From Hormiphora californensis (Eukaryota; Animalia; Ctenophora): DNA of 64,000 nt. The notes beneath the pieces were generated by a model. It worked only from the letters and a program-made list of their open reading frames with translations. It searched no databases and was not told the DNA's origin. Positions 56,747 through 64,000 of the stretch are shown here, in pieces; position 1 is the first letter of the stretch; every line of letters begins with the position of its first letter. The translations under genes and the position numbers were made by a program. Where the stretch lies: positions 1,984,001 through 2,048,000 of the forward strand of contig CM035360.1 of assembly GCA_020137815.1 (NCBI GenBank), written 5' to 3'.

Positions 56747-57414
56747 CAGGGGTGGCCCCAGCACGGATTTTTTGGGGGGGTGGTGTGGCCGAAGGCCACA
56801 CTTCAACTCCAAACTTAGCGACCGAGGTGCCGCGAAGCGGCGCCGAGGGAGCTGCGGCAGGGGGTTTGGGGGGCGCAGCCCCCCAACGGGGTCCAGGGGC
56901 AGAGCCCTTGGTGGGGGCTAGGGGGCGAAGCCCCCGGAAAATTTTAGTTTTTGATGAATTTTAAGCAATTTAGAGCAACTTTTTTAACACTTTTCAGCTC
57001 TTTTAAAAAACTTTTTCAACGAGTTTCAGTCACAAGGGGCGAAGCCCCCGGAAATTTTGATGAATTAAAGCGATTTAGAACAATATTTTATCGATTTTAA
57101 GCCCTTGGTGGGGGCAATTTTCAGCCCTTTTAGAAAACTTTTTTAATGATGTTCAGCCCCTGGTGTGGGTAAGGGGCGAAGCCCCCGGAAAATTTTAGTT
57201 TTTGATCAATTTTAAGCAATTTATAACAATATTCTAACGATTTCAGCCCTTGGTGTGTGTTAGGGGCGAAGCCCCCGCAAAATTTTAGATTTTGATCAAT
57301 TTAAAGCAATTTAGAACACATTTTAAAGCTATTTTACCACCCCCAACAACCCCTGTTTGAAAAGTTTTGGGGGGGTGGCCACCCCCCCACCACCCCAGGC
57401 TGGGGCCACCACTG
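56747..57414. mobile_element. hAT-type MITE with 8-bp TSD
   Basis: TACCACCC at 56739-56746 and 57415-57422; TIR CAG(G/T)GGTGGCCCCAGC; internal GGGGCGAAGCCCC hairpin repeats. Confidence 0.85.
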
Positions 57415-58229
57415 TACCACCCCACTCGGTTCCCCCAACATCGAACATCTTTGGAGGATTAAGTTGCAATCGGTTCCTATTATCTGCTACCTGATAAACC
57501 TCACTGCCAATGCTCACACTGTACAATGACAGGAGTACCATACAGACAATGTAATAATGGAAATTGTAAGCAACCTGGATGAACGAAAATGAGCAGTTCC
57601 TGGGTGGCAAAAGAAGCTATGACAACAATTCAAGATTAAGATTAGAAACCAGTATGCCGATGATAATGTTGAATCCTACATTCCCCGCCATATTTTTCAG
57701 TAAGCAGCTGCGTGGGGACTGTTATAACATAAACAACATTAAACAACGCAGTGGATTGTGATGTCCTCATGGGAAGGTGTTTACACACACAGTATACACC
57801 AGGGGTTAAATGGAAGAGGAATAATGGGATTTAGGTGCGGCTAAATGTACGTACTGTGATGAGGCAAACAGCGAGATGCAAGCGGAAGAGTAGCATAAAA
57901 AGAGCCGGCCATCATGGCTCTCGATTGGATGACAAGCTGCTATCTGATCAATAGCCATGACGGCCATTACAGTGGATTCTGGCCTAATAAGGGGCGGTTA
58001 ATGAAATCTGATTTCCAGCGAGCATGAAAAGTAGGTCGGTGGCCATCCTTGGACTGTGAGTGAAATTTTTGACTTTTGAATCAAGCCATTTACATTGTAA
58101 TTTCCTTTTTTTCACGTGACATAAAATAAACTACTCAAAATTTTAATGAAATCAGTCTCTAGTTCCCTCTCTCTTTCTCTCGATAAATGATTACAGTAAA
58201 AGGGTCCTTCAAGTTCAAGAGTGTAGGAT

Positions 58230-61038
58230 TCAATAAAGTTCAATTTCATCATCTTTCCACTGTTGAATCATGTTCAAATCATCTTCATAACCAATGTATC
58301 TGAAATTTATTTTTATGAAGGAGCAGTTAGTTAATTGCGTTTATAAAGGAGCAATAATTCTTATCGTAGTTACCTAATGAGATCTCCACAGGCATTTGTG
58401 ACGTTTGTAATAAAATCCATTGGTAGCCATTTCCACTTGTTCACTTCTTGATGTGACACTCGATTCGTTCCATATGCCCCCATATTGTGGTGATCCGAGG
58501 TAGCTAAAAAGTTGTAATTGTTTGTTTTAAATGGGAAAAATGTATTTTTCTGGAATTTACACGGTTTTCGAAACATACCGATTGTTGAATTGTAGACTTT
58601 TGCTGCTATATCCTCTGTCCAGGGTAGGTCGACAAACTCGTATAAAGATTTTGCAGTTTCAATCGGATGTAAGGACATGTTTTCGTGAGTTATCCGTTTG
58701 TACCTGTGGTATGAATTAGTGTAAAACCTCCTATTTTGCCCATTTTTGGTGAAGTTTGGTTACCTTCCTTTCAACCAGGCCGGAGGGTTGGCATACGTTG
58801 CAGGCCCCTTATAATATAATATAAGGGGCCTGGAGGGAATACCGCGCTAGGGGGGAATACATAATCAATCATATCTCCGGTTCCAGATAAGGTACAGAAA
58901 TCGTTTTAGTAGCGTTGGAAAGAGGAAGATAACAGCTTTCAAATGCAACCGGTTTCAGGTCTCTATCTTATCAGGAACAGGAGATATGAACCAAACTCCG
59001 CAAAATCGAGTGCGGTAAAATCAAAATTTGAATGAAATTTAAAAAAAGGTGTCCCTGCAAGAATCTGTGACGTCACTTTTTGAAAACAACCCATCTTTCA
59101 ACGGCTATTGCTCAGCCTCCTTAAGTCCAATTAACTTCTCTCAAAAACAGCAAGGTAGATAATCGTCAGATCTAACAACTGGTGAAAGAATCAAGTCAAA
59201 CGGACTTCAGGAGCCAAAGTTATAAGCACCGCCGTTTTTTCGACCGCAAAGTTATCTTCGACCCAGCCGGGATCAAGCCAAACGCGCGCGCGGCATTCCC
59301 TCCAGTCCCCTCGTTGCGGGGGTGCGCGCATGAGGGGGCTGCAGCGCATTCCAAGCCGGAGGGTTATCTCCAAATGTTGAAGCATTGAGCATCCTCGCAC
59401 AGAGAGTTCCTGCTTCAGCTACTAATGTTTCCTGCAATTGTTTTTTGGTTTTTGGTCGGCACTAAGTTTTTCCCGTCAAGATTTGGGTTGTGACTTCTGA
59501 ATCATTCATTCATTTTTTTTTTTTCATTCATTCATGTATAGAACAATATTCTAAACCTACCCCTGGATCTAGCCTTCCGTGATGATTATGAATTCCATCT
59601 ACAGAAGCAAAAATTCTTCTATTACGTGAATGTATCAGGGGTCTGGGGTCCCTTACCAAATGTATTACTCGGATATCGTAATCCGGATCCGTCATCTAAA
59701 CAAATAGTGACTTCAGGTATTGGTGACTTCAGGTATGAGGTAATTGAAAAGCAATGATTACTGTTATTGGTAACGAAATTACAGTTGGGCTCCTGGTTGC
59801 TACAAGCTGTCACACCTACCATGGGTTCCAGATTCTCCAAATGCCAGAAATAAATGGTCTTAGCAACACGAAACGTTGTTTGTAGGCAGAATTTCTCAAT
59901 TCCTTCTGTGGTGCAGTTTATTTTCTCACAATCCAACTCATAATGTGGATATCTTCCTGGAACAAAATGTGGCAGTTTCGTGCTGACATGTACAGTACAT
60001 TATTATGTAGTTGAGTATTTCTTACCTAACACATGTATGTTAGAGGCAGTGAAATTACATTTCCACAAGTTACTCAAAATCTCTTGTTGACACTGGCGGG
60101 TCCGGTCCTGAAAAATGTTTTTCATGCCAATACCCATTGAATCGATGCATTATCTGGGCTATTATACTACATGTGCTAGGGGGTGAGCTAAGAGTTGTAC
60201 CGGTGCAGTACAGTAGTTTTGGTTAGAAAAATTCGTAATATTACCTCGTTTTCGAAACAGCCCTTGCTCCTCGATTGTTGTGATACTTTGAGCGGTTCAA
60301 ATGTTAAATGTGTATCACTCCTGCAATTCGGAAGACGCAAATAAAAAGTAGAAGTGTTCGCTGTGAAGCAAAATACATGTCAGATGGACTTAGTAAGTTT
60401 GTTTTATTTAGGGCCAATAAGTATGAAAGATGTCTCAAATGCTTCTGATAACGTGTTTCGACGTAGAGAACAACTAACCTGTGCCAGAAAAATGAGCCAA
60501 GCCAAGTTGAACCTGACCGGCCTTCAGTCAACAACAAAACTTGGACTGGTTTCCTTGTTTCTGAAGGATTTGATAACAACTCAGACTGATCTCCGACGAA
60601 AATCTGTCCATCTTTTGGTCCATCTGAAGGATTTCCCATATACGATAGTGGGTTGGTAGTGTAACTGCTAACAGTAGGTTGTTCTTTCTTCAAGCTTATC
60701 GTGGAATTTGTCGACGTCGTATCTCCCCCTTCACGAACTAAATAAATCACAACCTCCTTAAAATTGAATAACTTTTCTTACAATAAGAAACTCCGACTCT
60801 AATATTGGGCTATGTAGCAGACTGATAGTATGTGGTTACTTACTTCTAAGATCCAGTCGATTAATTGCAAGTTGGTAGGCTCGGCTATCTGTGCCAAAAC
60901 TAAACAGCAAAACAAGTAACACGACAAAAACCTGTAAAAATACGTTTGCAATGAATAATACAATGTCATGGTGCAAAGAAACGTTTTCTTAGCGTAACAA
61001 ACCGTTGTGATCAAATAAGTCTTTCTAGAAGTTCTCAT
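58230..61038 (-). pseudogene. Carbohydrate (Gal/GlcNAc 6-O) sulfotransferase, CHST1-7-like, type II membrane; one exon interrupted by a TE in this haplotype
   Basis: Exons 61003-61038, 60844-60931, 60479-60737, 60245-60320, 60026-60107, 59820-59956, 59561-59695, 58764-59431 (split by TE), 58579-58703, 58374-58503, 58230-58299. N-terminal TM; 5'-PSB VLLLTEGRSGSTWLG; FEPL; LWKCNF; 3'-PB IHLVRDPRPLIHSR; NPPAWLKGRY; NACGDLIRYIGY. Confidence 0.8.
58788..59354. mobile_element. 567-bp TTGG...CCAA element with 9-bp TSD inside a sulfotransferase coding exon
   Basis: GCCGGAGGG at 58779-58787 and 59355-59363; imperfect TIR TTGG(C/A)AT(A/G)CG(T/C)TGCAG; removing it restores the codons for DNPPAWLKGR. 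Confidence 0.85.
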
Positions 61039-61382
61039 AACGGTTCCTGAAGATATATCAAAACAATATATGTCGAGAACAACTAAATGTGAATGAAATG
61101 CAAACCTCACCGGGAGCTGTGTAATACAGTCGGACCCCGATTTAGGGGCCCCCGATTTAGTGGCACCCCGATTTAGGGACAGGATTTTTTTTCCCCGATA
61201 TAGGAAATTAACCTTATTTGACCCCGATTTAGTGGACACCCCGATTTAGTGGACAAGAGCCTTTCCCCCGAGGGTGTCCCTAAATCGGGGTCCTACTATA
61301 CTCAACGCTTCAAAGGAAGCAACAAAATCGACCCAATTAGACTAAATTTGCATAATTATAATATGTACTTTGAAGCCAAATA

Positions 61383-62244
61383 CAGTCGGACCCCGATTTA
61401 GTGGCATCCTCGGGGGAAAAAATCCTGCCACTAAATCGGGGTGCCACTAAATCGGGGAGATCCATATTTGGCCCATAAAAACCTATTTTATGCCCAAAAT
61501 GCTATACTAAGACTAAAGACACCTCTAACTGTTATATGCAATATTCATGTATTGATGACATGATCATTTCTGATTAGAAATATAAAACTATAAAATACTT
61601 TTTTCAAAAAAATTGTGAAAAATTTTCTAAGTTATACCAGCCCGTCCGATTTGTGTTTCGAATCGGTGCAGCTTACTGGATTTCCTGTCTAATTAGCGGG
61701 TTCGAAACGAACCGATACGTGATACCATGCCGAATCGGGGCACCCTAAGCGGGCGAGGAAGTATCAAAATTTCAAAATAACTTTTTCTCTCAAAATTTAT
61801 GGGGAGCACCGATCAAAGCATTGACAATCGTAGTGTAAAATTTTGCAAAAAAAGTTTTAAAATTTTTCTAAGGTATTATACCAGCCACGTCCGAATCGTG
61901 TTTCCAATCGGTGCATCTTATCGCATGTCCTGCTGCTAATTAGACGGTTCGGAACGAACCGATACGTGATCCCCATCGAATCGAAATTTTGACGCTTGGT
62001 GAACTTGTGATTCAATGGCCCCATGGGGATCACGTATCGGTTCGTTCCGAACCGTCTAATTAACAGCAGGACATGCGATTCACTAATTCGAAACACGATT
62101 CGGACGTGGCTAGTATTCCTTTGAAAAATTTCAATTCACAAAAAAAATTCAAAAATAAATTCAAAAATATTTTTGGGGGAAAAAAATCGTGCCACTAAAT
62201 CGGGGTGCCACTAAATCGGGGGCCACTAAATCGGGGTCCGACTG
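61383..62244. mobile_element. Tc1/mariner-type MITE, longer relative of 41070-41681
   Basis: TA-flanked, same TIR and near-identical interior, plus ~240 bp extra (~61635-61878). Confidence 0.85.
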
Positions 62245-62707
62245 TATCTCTAAAACGGTTAATGATAGGCCATATAATGTTGATTCTTAAGTCTAATGTA
62301 AATGCGGGAACACATTTTCTACTGGTCCCCTAAGGGAAATTGATCAAGGACACTATAACGAACACATTAGTAAAGAAATCAGCTGTTTTCATTGGTTTTC
62401 TCGCCAAAGCCTTTACCGCCCCTAGCTATATCCTCGTTATCTCCGGTACTTCCGGAGTCTAGGTTCATGAATAAATTACAAAATTTTTGGACAAAATTGT
62501 GTCATACATAATTTCAGAATTCAGTTAAGGTGCAGAGGATAACTATTCTTTTGGAACCAATCATTTGGAACCAATGTTGATATGTACAAAGAATTACATT
62601 GAAGTAATTTAGTATAATTAAAAACTCATGAAACAAAATATATAATTGTCCATCACTCCCGGTATTTTATTGCATCTTTTATATATCACACATTCTTTAT
62701 TAGTCCT

Positions 62708-62995
62708 TTAGAAAATATCAATTAAACCGTCCTTCCATTGTTGAATCCTATCCAAATCGTCCTCATATCCAAGGTATCTGACGATAAATAGTTTTATGAA
62801 GGAGCAGTTATTTTATAAAGGAGCATTTATTAATTTATTACAGTCGATATAAGATCATGGCTCACCTAATAACATCCCCGCAAGTGTTAGTAATAGTAGT
62901 TATGAAGTCCATCTTTAGCTTTTTCCATTTGCTGACAACCTCTGTTGACACTCTATTAGTTCCAAATGCACCATCACCCTGATCAACTGCGCTTC
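62708..62995 (-). CDS. Second carbohydrate sulfotransferase paralogue, last two exons (5' part not identified; probably beyond the window)
   Basis: Exons 62866-62995 (GAFGTNRVSTEVVSKWKKLKMDFITTITNTCGDVIR) and 62708-62777 (YLGYEDDLDRIQQWKDGLIDIF*) align to the last exons of the neighbour, with the same intron position. Confidence 0.8.
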
Positions 62996-63099
62996 CTGTT
63001 TGTAAGAAGAAAAAAGGTTAAAAAATAAAATTACGAATGAGTAATGAGGGATTACTCTAACTTAACAAAATACTACCATGCTGTTTTCACCAAAAGAAA

Positions 63100-64000
63100 T
63101 CCCCGACTACCCTAGTAAAAAATCAGCCTGGCTGCGTGTCGCGAAAGCGTGGCTTTTTGAGCGAAAAGCCTGGTGTCTGAGTCAGGCTTCTCCGTCGATA
63201 ACCACCCCAAAAGCTAGGTGAGTGTGCACGTTCACGCCAAATCAAGCCAAAATTTACCGCTTACCTGGTGGGGCAGTCGATATCCCATTCTGTATGATGC
63301 GCTCACCTAGCTTTTGGGGTGGTTATCGACGGAGAGGCCTGGCTCAGACGCCAGGCTTTTCGCTCAAAAAGCCACACTTTCGCTATGTGCAGTAGGCTGT
63401 TTTTTTACTAGTAGTCAGGGCATATGATGCCAAAATAAATTAAAAATGGGCATAATTGTTATCAAGCTAATTTCACTTCTAGTAGGCTCTATTAGGTCCC
63501 TAGAAACACCAAAAAAATTGGCCGCGGTTTTATCAATGAAGAAGTTGGGTTTTTGGGCCACGCCCTTTTACCTATGTTTTTAGCCTTCTGACGAAACCCA
63601 AAACGGGGCTTAGGAAAGGAGTAGAGACAAATCTAAGGACACTAAAATGTGTAGCGTCCTCGCATTAGTGGGGGTAGGTGCGGAAATTAAGTCTCTATCT
63701 CATCTGGTTAATTAGATAATTGGATAATTAGATATGCGCATAACCGTATTTTGGCTAAATGGCTATAGCCACTTAGGAATGGGTTAGAGACTTTTCACCG
63801 GTGCCATTTTGTAGGCAATAGCCAAGTTATGGGGGGTCGACGTCGAACTTTTAAGCTCTATCTCCAACCGTTTGACCGCTATTTGGCATTAAAGATGCTC
63901 AAAATGAGCAAAAAACGGTAAAAAGCCCGATTTTGAGCATCTTTAAAGCCAAATAGCGGCCAAACGGTTGGAGATAGAGCTTAAAAGTTCGACGTGGACC
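63100..64000. repeat. Palindromic, TE-like DNA in the sulfotransferase intron
   Basis: Inverted repeats ~63103-63230 vs ~63300-63420 and ~63836-63905 vs ~63930-64000; element ends not resolved. Confidence 0.6.

Noticed and set aside
58788-59354. Exonic TE as an Introner-type new intron
   Set aside because: No GT/GC donor or AG acceptor at the element ends on the coding strand that would restore the frame.

Overview
Eukaryotic, intron-rich animal DNA, most likely from a ctenophore. This is inferred from an iGluR with the ctenophore Epsilon-type signature, nested intronic genes and dense tiny MITEs. The backbone is a ~43.6 kb minus-strand JIP3/JIP4 (Sunday driver/unc-16) gene (5251-48842), which I rebuilt exon by exon in frame. 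Three plus-strand genes lie inside its introns: an ionotropic glutamate receptor with three apparent 1-bp insertions, Eyes absent, and an intronless 372-aa orphan with a lipoxygenase-like His pattern. To the left is the 3' part of a CCDC142-like gene. To the right is the 5' part of a PHACTR gene, with tandem carbohydrate sulfotransferases antisense in what appears to be its intron; one of them is interrupted in an exon by a transposon. There are two 5'-truncated CR1-group LINEs and many non-autonomous DNA elements with clear TSDs. The most unusual observations are: (1) a 505-bp CACTATG-ended element with a 5-bp TSD whose bipartite ends differ by exactly 11 bp, like the RSS 12/23 rule, at the core of a four-level TE nest; (2) tandem arrays that repeatedly copy splice sites plus adjacent exon sequence; (3) the intronless orphan metallo-enzyme candidate; (4) a 21-bp-phased array of RFX X-box-like motifs in the first iGluR intron. 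All homology calls come from recognising motifs by eye; no database search was run.
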